From: Mobula hypostoma
Lineage: Eukaryota
DNA: 64,000 bases
Assembly: GCF_963921235.1 (NCBI RefSeq)
Contig: NC_086097.1
Location: 190,900,001 to 190,964,000 of the forward strand
Reading direction: 5' to 3'
Under the pieces are notes generated by a model. That model was not told the origin of the DNA, searched no databases, and saw only the letters and a list, made by a program, of their open reading frames with translations. Positions 11,205 to 21,889 of the stretch are shown piece after piece. The position numbers were made by a program, and so were the translations under genes. How positions within the stretch are numbered: position 1 is the stretch's first letter; every line of letters begins with the position of its first letter.

Positions 11205-12046
11205 CTGGGATGTGGAAAAGCTGAAAAGATGGGCTGAAAAATGACACATGGAATTTAATGCATACAAGTATATGATGTTGCACTTTGGAAGGACCAACCA
11301 TGGTAGATCTTAACATGGTGAGCGATAGGGCACTGAGGAGTGCCACAGAACAGAGAGATCTGGGAAAACAGATCCATAATTCATTGGAAGTGGTATCTCA
11401 AGTAGATAGGGTTGTGAAGGAACCTTTTGGAACATTCGCCTTCATAAATAAATGTATTAAGTACAGGAGTTGGGATACTATGCTGAAACTGTATAAGACA
11501 TTGGTGAGGCTTAACTTGGAGTATTGTGTGCGGTTTTGGTCACCTACCTACAGAGAAGATCGAAATAAGATTAAAAGAGTGTAAAGAAAGTAGCCAGAAG
11601 TTGAGGAAAGATTGAATAGTCCCAGACTTTATTCCCGTGAACATAGAAGATTGAGGGAAGACTTGAAAGAGGTATACTAAATTATGAGGGCTATAGCTAG
11701 GGTAAATGCAAGCAGTCTTTTTCCACTGAGGTTCAGTGAGACTACAACTAGAGATCATGGGTTAAGGGCGAAAGGTGAAAATTTTAAGGGGAATTTGAGG
11801 GGAAACTCTTCAGTTAGAGAGTGGTGAGAGTGTGGAATGAGTTGCTAGCCAAAGTGGTGCATGCGAGCTTGATTTCAACATTTGAGAGAAAATTGGTTAG
11901 GTAGATGGATGAGAGGGGTACGGACAGCTATAGTCCTGGTACAGGTTGATAGAGCTGGCTAGATTAATAGTTGGACATGTCCTAGATGGGCTGAAGGGTT
12001 TGCTACTGTGCTACAGTGTTCTATGATTCTGTGACTGTATGACTAT
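11205..12046 (+). mobile_element. CR1 LINE 3' fragment
   Basis: ORF 11285..11584 (QRDLGKQIHNSLEV...LKLYKTLVRLNLEYCVRFWSP); tail ctatgattctgtgactgtatgactat. Confidence 0.9.
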
Positions 12047-12796
12047 TTTGACACCTGTACCAAAGTACAGTGAAAAGCATGTTCTTGTGTGTTATCTTTC
12101 ATACATATTCATTCATCGTTAAGTGCATTGAGGTAGTGTAAGGTAATACAATAACAGAAAGATGAATAAAATGTAGCAGCTACAGAAAATTTGCAGTGCA
12201 AGTAGACAACAAGGTGCAAAGTAATAACGAGGCAGGTTGCGGGTTCAAGAGTATCTTATCATATAAAGGAAATATTCAATATTTATACTAGCAGAGTAGA
12301 AGCTGCATTTGAGCCTAATGGTACCACAGATGATATGAAGGTAGGTGGAGGGACAGGTAGTGTTGAGGAATCAGGGAGTCTGCAGAACAACTTGGAAGGA
12401 TTAGGAGAATGGGCAAAGAAGTGGCAAATGGAATACAGTGTTGGGAAGTGATTGGTCATGCACTTTGATAGAAGGAATAAGCGCATATACTACTTTCTAA
12501 ACAGTGAGAAAATTCTAAAATCTGAGGTGCAAAGGGACTTAGGAATCTTCGTGCAGTATTTCCAAAAGGTTAAGTTGGAGGTTGAGTTGGTGGTGAAGAA
12601 GACAAATGTCATAGTCCGGTCCATGAAATCCGTACTCCAGTTCACAGTCCGGTCCATCGATGCTTATTCCAGATTTTCCGGTTTTCCCTTGTTCTGCTGG
12701 TGTGCCTCAATTGAGGCACCTGATACACATTTTGGGCTGGCTACATAAATAGCTCTTGGGTTCAGCTTCATTTTCTGGGCAGGAATTGTTGGGAAG

Positions 12797-14085
12797 ATGG
12801 TGATGAGAGAGGATCAGTGGAGTGAGTTTGAGATGGAGGATGGCGGGAAAGAGGAACGGAGTGGAAAGACTAAGAAAAGAAAACAGAGTTATGAGATATT
12901 GAACTCTGAGGAATCAAGGGATGATCAAAATAGGACAACAAAACAATGGAAAGAAAATGAGATTAAAGCATTTATAAAACTGAGCGAAGACTTTTGGTGA
13001 CAGGAACCTGACGCATTTGACGAAGACAATCGACAAACTCATAGGCGAGGTCAAAAGAGCAAAAAATTTATGAAATGGATCATTATTAATGACTTGCTGG
13101 GATAGTGCTCAGCAAGGCAAAGTGATAAGATTAAATAAAATAGACAGCAAGAAAGTACAATGCTCCATACCTGACAACAGAAAGTGGACTAGAGGAGTTA
13201 ATTTTGGGAATACCAACAAAAGTTACTATGGTTGAGATTAAACAGAACATAAAAGAAGTAAAAATTATTGAGGCTGAATGTTTGAAAGCTATAAGAAATG
13301 GAAAAAGTGTGATAGTTTATTGATTATGATTAACTTTGATGAAGAGAGATTGCTGACTGAAGTTTATTTAGGATATATGTGTTATGAGGTCAGAATATAT
13401 ATACTACTGCCTTTAAGATGCTTTAAATGCCAGAAATTTGGGCATATTGCGGCGGTCTGCAGAGGGAAATAAAGATGTGGGAGATGCACTGGAGAACATG
13501 AACATGGGAAATGTGAAGCAGGAACTAGGCTGAAATGCTGTAATTGTGGGAGGAATATAGTGCAGCTTACTGAGGGTGGATTAATAGTAAAAAAGAAACT
13601 GAGATATAATATGTGAAAGTAACTCAAGGAATCAGTTACGCAGAGGCAGTGAAAGCATTTGCTGGAAAGGGGAAGGCTACCAAGAAAACAAATACAGGGA
13701 ATAATAAACCAGTGAACTGTGAGGGCTGTAATATGATAAATAAGGATACACTAATAATGAGTAGAAAGGATTTCATACTGTTTATTGTAGTCGCAATTAA
13801 CTGTTCAGCGCACAGACAAAAGAACTGAAAAAATTAAAATTATAGTCAAGTCTGCAGAAAAATATCTTGGTATTACAGGGCTTAGGTGGGAAGCAGTCAA
13901 AGAAATGCTGAATGGAGGATTAAACAGTTTACAGGCAGGAGAGGCGAGATATTAATGGCAGTATACATACAAGGGAATGCAAGGAATCTTATTGCAAATG
14001 GTCAAGAATTTACAAAATATGTATCACAACTTAAGGTAAAAAATCATATTTTATATGTACAAGAAATATGGTTGAAACCCAGGGT
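12797..14085 (+). pseudogene. I/Nimb-clade LINE 5' portion: gag-like ORF1 with three zinc knuckles and start of the ORF2 endonuclease
   Basis: PLRCFKCQKFGHIAAVC, CGRCTGEHEHGKC, KCCNCG at ~13410-13560. TAATG stop/start overlap at 13953-13957. ORF2 begins MAVYIQGNARNLIANGQEFTKYV...VQEIWLKP (APE motifs xWNA and QETWL). Confidence 0.8.
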
Positions 14086-15080
14086 AAATGTGCAGAACTC
14101 CAGCAACAAATAGAAGTACTCAAAAAGAACAATTGAGAGTTGGAAAAGAGATTGGATGAAACAGTACTGCATTTAAAGGAAACAGTTTCTGAAAAGGATG
14201 CTTGTTGTCAAAAATTCAGTGACTTGGAAAACAGATTAAAAAATGGAGGAAATTATTCCGAAGTTATAAAAGGAAAATGGAATTGTTGCAAAGTGAATTA
14301 TTTACATTCGGATTATTAAATGAAAACAGAAACAAATTTAAAAGTTAAGCATGAGATAATTAATATTCTTAAATAAGAAGATTTTAGTCTTACAAATGAT
14401 GCAGATGAAATCAATGTAATTGAGGTGATGCAATTACTTGAAAACCATGTGATAAAAATTAGGGAGAACAGCAGTTTGTGACACTGCTCTCTAATGAGTG
14501 CACACAGCATTTGCAAGAGGAATTGCAATTACAGAATGAAACAAATAGAGATATGCAGGTTGAAATAGGTTGTCTAAAGTATGTTGGAAAGTGATTGAAA
14601 ATGGAGGAACTTACTACCAAATTACAAAAAAGAAGGTATTGTGATAAAGTGAATTATCTACATTCAGGTTACAAAATGAAAACATATAAGCAAATGAAGA
14701 AGAACTTCAAGATCTCAGTAAATAACAAGAGACTATGATTCAAGAAAAGGAAAACTTGGAAAGAGGCAGATAGACTTGAAAAACAGCAATTTTAAATGTT
14801 AAGCATGCGGAAATTAATATTCTTAAATAAGAAGCTTTTAGTTTTACAAATAATGCAGATGAAATTAATAATGCAATTACTTGAAAACCATGTGACAAAA
14901 ATTAGGGAAGAAAAGCAGTCTGCTGCACTGCTATCTAATGAGCGTATACAGCACTCGCAAAAGGAATTGCAATTACAGAGTGATGTAAGTAGAGCTCTGC
15001 AGACTGAACTAGATTGTTTAAAGCAGTATACTCCAGGATGGAAGAAGAAGAAGAAGAATCAACATCAACTGCTGGAGCAA
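14086..15080 (+). repeat. Decayed coiled-coil-coding DNA with a ~350-430-bp internal tandem duplication
   Basis: Units at ~14241-14583 and ~14598-15025 share aaatggaggaa..., ttaatattcttaaataagaag, atgcaattacttgaaaaccatgtga and ggaattgcaattacaga. Translations are Q/E/K/L-rich. Confidence 0.7.
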
Positions 15081-16725
15081 CACCGGGGCCTTGCTGTGTC
15101 AAGATAAGGAACAGTTTGTCATTGTTTGGAATTGTCTCTTCGTGTCCTCACCTTTGCTAGGTAGCTCTGGCCGTTTTCCGCTACCTTGAGTTGAGAACTG
15201 TCTCTGTGCCCTCGCCTTCGCTAGGGAGGTCCAGCCGTTTGCTTCTATCTTGTGTTGGGAACTGTCTCTTTGTGTCCTCGCCTCTGCTGGGTAGGTCTGG
15301 CTGTTTGCTGCTACCCTGAGCAGAGAATTGTCTCTTCGTGTTCAGTGTACTGTGTATAGAAAGAGCCCTGGCCCCTGGTCCTGTGCCCAAGGAGAGGGTC
15401 CTGACTCTGTGTGCTGTGTATGAGTCCCGGCCCTACTTCCTGCCCCAAGGATGGGTCCCAGCTCTGTGTTCCATGTTCCTGAGTTCCAAGTCCAAGGCTT
15501 CGAGGTTCCTGAGTTCTAAGTCCAAGGCTCTGAGGTTCCTGTCTCCCAAGACCAAGTCAAGGCTTTTTGTTCTCGTCCTGTTCATGTGCCTTGGCCAGCC
15601 CAGGAGTACCTTGCCCAGCCTGTGCTGAAGTTCCCTTGTCCATTGCTGGAGCATCCTGTCCAGGAGTCTCACGTCCTGTCCTGTAGCCACGTCTTGTCCT
15701 AGCCTAAATCTGGATTCCGGTTCCGAGTCAAGACTCAGGTTCCGGGTCCTTGTACAGGCTCTAGTTCCGGAGTCCCATGTCCCTAGTCCAAGCTCCTTGT
15801 TCCTAGTTCCTTTACCGGGTTCCTTGTTTCTTGTCCATGTCCTAGCCGAGGCCCTGCATCCTAGTCTCGTCCAGGGTCTGTGTCAATGTCTAGCGTTCTT
15901 TCTCCCCACTTCCCTTGCTTTCTTGACACACCAAGTCCTATTCCTAGTACTTCAGTGTCTGTGTCTTGCATTTGGGTCCACCATCAACGCCCCCTTATGA
16001 CAGCAAATGCAATGTTATCATACATTTCAAGGGGGCTAGAATATAATAGCAGGGATGTAATGCTGAGGATTTATAAGTCAGTGGTGAGGCTTCATGGAAT
16101 ATTTTGGGTAGGTTTGGGGCCCCGATTTAAGAATGGATCTGCTATCATTGGAGAAGGTTTAGAGGAGGTTCACAAGAATGATACTGGGAATGAAAGTGTT
16201 ATTGTGTGATGAGAGATTGATGCCTCTGCATCTTTACTTGCTGGAATTCAGAAGAATTGTGGGGGGGGGGTGGGATCTCATTGGAACTTACCAAATGTTA
16301 GAAGGCCTAGATAGAGAGTATGTAGAGAGTATGTTTCTTATGGTGGGGGAGTCTAGGACTAGAGTGCACTGCCTCATAATAGAGGGAAATTCAGTTAGAA
16401 AGTAAATGAGGGGAATTACTTTTGCTGGAGGATGGTGAATCTGTGGAGTTAGTTGCCACAGTCAGCTGCGGAGGCCAAGTCTATGGATGTATATAAGGCA
16501 GAGGTTGGTGGATTCTTGATTAGTCAGGGCATGAAAGCTAACGGGGAGAAGTCAGGAGAATGAGGTTGAGAGAGAAATGAATCAGCCATGATGAAATGGT
16601 GGAGCAGACTTGATAGGCTGAATGGCCTAATTTTGATCCATTGTCTTATGGTCTATGGCATGTGTTTTCAGGTTTTTGTATTTTCTGCCCATTGGGAGAG
16701 GGAGAAGAGAAAATCATTGGGGTGA

Positions 16726-16995
16726 GTGAATTATTAGTGAAAACTACCGGCCGCAGTAACCCTTTTATGTTAGTCTTACATAGCTTTCTACAGACTTTCT
16801 GTGATTTGGTGCCTGGACCTTGTATACATACAGTGCCAGTTATCTTTCCACAGTCATGCTTATTCCATTGAAATACTCCCAAGTTCTGTGTAATGCTTTG
16901 CTGCATCTCATAATTATTGCTTATCTCCTTTGGTTTTATCCACATTTCAACTGTGCATATTCTAGTGGGATCTGCATGTGGCTATATTTCTCACT
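16726..16995 (-). pseudogene. pol: ERV RT N-terminal segment
   Basis: ORF 16646..16945: LGVFQWNKHDCGKITGTVCIQGP...KGLLRPVVFTNNS, which joins the (P)I*P...LTIDY at ~11045 (expected NSPIWPV). Confidence 0.8.
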
Positions 16996-17370
16996 CCCTT
17001 TGCATCTGCCATATCATACAATTAACCAGGTCAATGCAAAGTCCCACTCAGACCATGCAATTATTCCCCAATGTATGTTCTTACTCCCAATGTAATTCAA
17101 CCAACACCATTGAATGATCCATTACTACCTCTTCTATTCCAATTTTCAAGGGTACTCTCATATGCCCCATGTGTGAATGCCCCATAAATTCACTTAGGAT
17201 AATTTTACCTGATTGTATTTCCTAGTTTGCTTTGTTTACATTAGCAGTGTTGACAGTGGCTAAGGGTCCTTCAGTGTCCCACAGAAAAGTAACAGAGCAC
17301 CTTCTGACACAACCAATCGCAAGAGGTCTTCCTGTCTCATCCCACCTCGTATCACAACAAATATTGGTGA
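16996..17370 (-). pseudogene. pro: ERV aspartic protease (decayed)
   Basis: RWDETGRPLAIGCV...VTFLWDTEG (DT at 17274-17279)...EHTLGNNCM...GLCIDLVNCMIW, resembling the retropepsin DTG and ILGxD motifs. Confidence 0.78.
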
Positions 17371-17449
17371 GGCCTGATACTGTCATTGATATTCAGGCTA
17401 TAATCCCATGGATGGTGGTTTTCTCTACATTATGTTGTGAGCTTGGCCT

Positions 17450-19874
17450 TTATGGCCCCTTAGACTGAAAAACCCAACTTCCCCCTTCCTCTGTTCTCTT
17501 TCTCTTCTCAGGTTTGGGTATTATTTTTTTAAATGTTCCTCCTGGCCACTGTTATAGCATGTAGATATTCCCTCCCATCCTTTCTTCAGGCAGTCACCTG
17601 ACCTTTAATAGCAAAAACACCTGCCCAAAGTTTCTGTTCAACTCAGTGTCTCCTTCTCCCATGCTCCAACCATTTTCCCAAGTATGCATGCCTCATGTGT
17701 GTAGGGTCAGTGGGATCAAATTGTTCCAATGCATTTCTAGATTCATTAGCAGTGTAAGACATCAATATTCTTAACTATCTGTCTGTGGGCTTTGGTCCTT
17801 AATGGTCTCGGTCAACTGCTGAGCAATATAACTCTTGGAACACCAACCATAGGCAGGATACAAATGTAATGGGGTGTTCACCTCTTCCCTGGTAACATTT
17901 AGTTAGTGCATCTGCTGTGGGCTCCCTGCTAATACCGTCAGTCAGTAGCACATTCTTGAACTCATTTGTTCTCCAACAGTGTCATGTTTCTGGCAAAGCT
18001 AAGAGTATGTTCGGATGCAAACACATTACAAGCATTTCTTTTCCTTGGCACCTTATAGTGTATATTACTCTCTGATAATTAGTTGCCTGGAACAGCTCCC
18101 ATAGATCATCCCCAGGCACGTATGTCCCAATATCTTTAGTAATATCCCTAAGCTGCTGTAACCAATAGTGGGTGGTGTATGTTACATCTGGCTTTGATTT
18201 CCTGTCTTGGCTCCTCCCTCTCTGGTGGGATGGGGAGACAGAGATACCACCAGTAACACCTGCTTCCTTTGATTGAATGTTGCTGGGAGATTTGAAGGAG
18301 GAGACCCCTCATCATTATAACTGTATCTGACCACTTCATTTGTGAAGACCATAATACATAGGAACAGAATTTAGCTGCTCAGCCCATCGAGATTGTTCCA
18401 CCATTCCATCATGGTTGATCCTTTTTTTTCCCTCCTCAACCCCTGTTCCTAGCCTTCTCCCCATAACCTTTGATGCCATGTCCAATCAAGAACCTATCAA
18501 TCTCTCCCTTAAGTACATCCAACGACCTGGCCTCCACAGCTGCATGTGGCAACAAATCCACAAATTCATCACCCTTTGTCTAAAGAAATTTCTCTGCATC
18601 TCTGCTTTGAAAGGGTGCCCTCTATCCTGAGTCTGTGCCCTCCTGTCCTAGACTCTCCCACCATGGGAAACATCATTTCCACATCTCTGGCTAGGACTTG
18701 TAACATTCAAAAGGTTTCAATGAGCCCCCCCGCCGTCATCCTTCTGAATTCCAGCAAGTGCAGACCTAGGGCCATCATACGTTCCTCGTATGATAACCCT
18801 TGCATTCCCAGAATCATCCTTGTGAATCTCCTCTGCACGTCCTCCAATGTCAGCACATCTTTTCTAAGATGAGGTGCCCAAAACTGTTCACAATACTCAA
18901 GGTGAGGCCTCAGCAGTGCCTTATAAAGCCTCAGCATCATATCCTTGCTCTTGTATTCTTGACCTCTTGAAATGAATGCTAACATGGCATCTGCCTTCCT
19001 CGCAACCAACTGAATCTGCAAGTTCTGCACAAGGACTCCCAAGTCCCTTTGTATCTCAGATTTTTGTTTTTTCTCCCCGTTTAGAAAATAATCTGCACAT
19101 TTATTTCTACTACCAAAGTGCATGCCCATGCACATTCCAACAAAATATGTCCACAGACTTTGCCTCCACCACAATCTGTGGTAGAGCATTCCACAGATTC
19201 ACTACTCTCTAGCTGAAAAAAATCCCCCTTGTGTCCATTCTAAAAGGTCACCCCTCAATTTTGAGGGTGCACCTCATCAACGCTCCATCATCACCTTCCT
19301 CCCTTTCTCCCCTGTTTCAGATCCAACACCAAAATGTTAGATCGGCAGCTTTTCTATCTGTTTTAGGCACTTTGTTATTTTTATGTTACTATGTTCCTAT
19401 GTTACTTCTATTTTCATGTACTGATTTCTGTATCATATTCATAGTCATCTTTAAATCACTGCATTGTTTGAGGACTATCTTTTGTTTTTAGCTACTTGGG
19501 CTTCTACTTCTCACTTACCCTTTAACTAGTTTTTCATGCTGCAGATCTGCACACTTGCCCCTGTAAATCAGTAACCTGCTTCTTCATGATGACTGCCTCC
19601 TCATGGAACCTTTTGCTTTCCCCTTTTCATTCATCCCTACCTACTTTAGCTTGCTGCCATCAATCTATCCAGTCCTCAATTAAACAGCAAACTGATACTG
19701 GCTTCTGTATGCATATAAGTTGTCTGTCTTAGAATTTCCTTTGGGTAATCTTCTAAAGGGCTTCTCCAGCAGTTTTCCCTTCACCTCTGGTGCAATCTAC
19801 AAAATCTTCAGACAGAAGCCACTTCCTCATTATTTATATCTGGTCACAGGCTGTTCTTTCTACAAGCCTGCCAT
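17450..19874 (-). pseudogene. gag: ERV gag (decayed, split by CR1 at 18344-19270)
   Basis: Putative ATG at 19874; heptad-rich KQCSDLKMTMNMIQKSVHENR / KCLKQIEKL; capsid-like LQQLRDITKDIG...ALTKCYQGRGEHPITFVSCLWLVF; decayed zinc knuckle TCYNSGQEEHLKK*YP at ~17515-17560. Confidence 0.72.
18344..19270 (-). mobile_element. CR1 LINE 3' fragment inserted in ERV gag
   Basis: ORF 18707..19189 (QRDLGVLVQ...LYKALLRPHLEYCEQFWAPHLRKDVLTLEDVQRRFTRMI); very similar to 1409-2160. Confidence 0.92.
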
Positions 19875-19949
19875 TTCTGTCTAACTACAGTAAATAAACA
19901 GCTTCTTCTTTTGACATGATCTCAGATATAGCAGATAATCAGTAAGGAG

Positions 19950-20137
19950 CTCACTGTGTTCACTTTCAATTACACTGATCAAGGCACCCCTGAGCAAGAA
20001 CCAGTTCACAAAGACCGTTGCTGCAAGAACAATCACACAAAGTGGCCTCCATTCCTTTGATATCATGGCATGAACAAAGGTATTTGATTTGCCTGCTTCT
20101 GCGGTGTTTGGCTTATTCTAGTTAGCTGTTCTTTCAG
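19950..20137 (-). repeat. ERV 5' LTR remnant
   Basis: Aligns with 8441-8643, including atttgatttg.c.gct... and gct.att(c/t).agttagctgtt; lies ~75 bp upstream of the putative gag ATG. Confidence 0.75.
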
Positions 20138-21889
20138 GGCAAAAAAAATGCTTGCTAGGAAGTAGAGCAGGAATTTTATATTGTCAGTACATTTCCAATA
20201 ACAACTCATATTTATAGAGTACTGTACCTTCATTGAAGTAAATGTTCCATGACACTTCACTGGAGAGTTTTTGAACCAAACTTGGGAAGAAGCTGAACAC
20301 GGATAGATTATTACAAACAGAATTTAAGAGTAGCGGAAATTCAAAAAGTGGTCTTATTTGTAGAATGGAAAATGGAAGAATTAGGCCACAAAGAGAATCT
20401 GAAGCTGAAGATGAAATATTTATATTTGATACGTTGTCAGAACAAGAGTGAATATATCTGAATGAGAACAATGATGATGAGTGATGAGGTCTTGGTGCAG
20501 TTTGGCAATGGCAGGCTAGTTGTCAAATGAACTGAGGTCTTCAGAAAGTGAAAAATGGCAACACAACTAATTCTTCGGTGGGTCAAATACATGGGAACAC
20601 AAAGCAGTACAGAATTGTGCTTTATGTTCTTAGGATCTTGTTTTGCAATGATCTTCCAATCATATGAATTAGCAGGTTGAGTATTACATTGTATCATTCA
20701 CCATTCAGTCATGAGTTGAAGAGACACCAACACATAGTGAAGCTTGACCTATGAAATTATTGAAATATGGCTGTAAACAGTACTTTGCTACAGGCAGGGA
20801 AGAACCATGACTAAATGTGGGAACGGGAGACTGCTAAGAGTATGGTTGGAGAGGTGACAGAAATGGAAATTGCAATGCAGAATGTGAGGTTTTCTGTAAC
20901 ATGTTTATCTCTCATAAATATCCCACTGGAACAGAATCAGTTTCAGCATTTGTGTAGAATATTAAACAGAATGAACCTTTCCTATAAGGGATAATTTAGA
21001 AGAATAAGAGATGAAATAAATAAGATTCCAAGGGATTTCTCAGAGTAAATGCTTCTCCTGATTGGGGGGGGGGGGTGTTGGTTACTGACTCAGTATACAG
21101 GCTTGTCCATTTGAATCAGAAATAGAAAAATATTTCTTCACTCAAACTTGTGAACCTGGAATTCTGCCTTCCAGATGTTTTTTCAATGTTAACTAAGTGC
21201 TCAAGACTGAGATGGATAGATTTTTGGACTGCAAGGGAATTAGTTATAGACATCAGAAAGGAAAATAAAGTTGAGGCTAAAATTTAATACAAACACGATA
21301 TCAATCAATGACAGAGCAACTGAATGCTCCTTTTCTTCTACATTGATCATGCCTTTGGATCAGCTGAATGCATTGGCCAATTTACGATCTGTGCATAAGT
21401 ACAATGCTTCTTGGAATTACTGGCTTGCATTTGGTTTCAACAATACAATTAATTCCATAAAGTAATATTTTACTGGATTTTAATACATCTGTTCAACATC
21501 TATTTATAAGAAAGCCTACTTGGTGGATTTAATAGGAGTATGTCTTTATATTCTGAACATACAAACATTAGAAATAGAGCCAGGAATGCGTCTCTCAAAC
21601 TTTCACCCCTTTCTACCATTCAATAAGGTCATGGTTGATCTTTTACTTCAGAACCACTTTCCTGCTCTAACCCTGTATCTATTGGTTCCCTTAAACTCCA
21701 AAATACTATTGAACTCTGTCTTGAAAATAAATTCTACCTCAAAGGGGCTGTTTATCAGACCAGAGTTATCAAAAGAGAAGAAGGGTCTTTGCCTATATTT
21801 TGAGACTGTGACCTCTAGATTTAGAACTTCAAACAGGCAAGTATCAACTGCACCTCTATTTGGTCAAGTCCTGGAAGAATTTTCAAAGT

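Larger units (their letters stand above)
12607..16002 (+). mobile_element. Gypsy-type LTR element/solo LTR carrying a ~2.3-kb internal cargo
   Basis: TGTCAT...ATGACA termini; 5-bp TSD acaaa/gcaaa (12602-12606, 16003-16007). The 3' part (repeats and tgtgtcttgcatttgggtccacc) is shared with the LTR at 33835-35279. Confidence 0.82.
12324..16657 (+). mobile_element. CR1 LINE fragment split into 12324-12606 and 16003-16657 by an LTR insertion
   Basis: ...QRDLGIFVQ...VELVVKK(T)N | ANAMLSYISRGLEYNSRDVMLRIYKS... is contiguous across the insertion; CR1 tail at ~16620-16657. Confidence 0.9.
12047..16725 (-). mobile_element. Short Rex1-type 3' fragment split into 12047-12323 and 16658-16725 by a CR1 insertion
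   Basis: ...gaagctgcatttgagcctaatggtac (12323) continues as atgtgttttcaggtttttgtattttctgcccattgggagagggagaagag (~16660), a contiguous Rex1 3'-end sequence; compare 42060-42130. Confidence 0.72.
8441..20137 (-). mobile_element. Ancient endogenous retrovirus (LTR-gag-pro-pol-env-LTR), heavily decayed and interrupted
   Basis: Collinear gag, protease, RT and env remnants on the minus strand, flanked by two direct-repeat LTR remnants (19950-20137 vs 8441-8643). Confidence 0.85.

Noticed and set aside
16261..16270. Poly-G/C runs (also ~21064, ~32990, ~35257, ~54000) as G-quadruplex signals
   Set aside because: Homopolymer expansions inside or beside repeat copies; no functional evidence.
18707..19189. 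Longest ORF in the window (160 aa) as a host gene
   Set aside because: It is a CR1 ORF2 C-terminal fragment.
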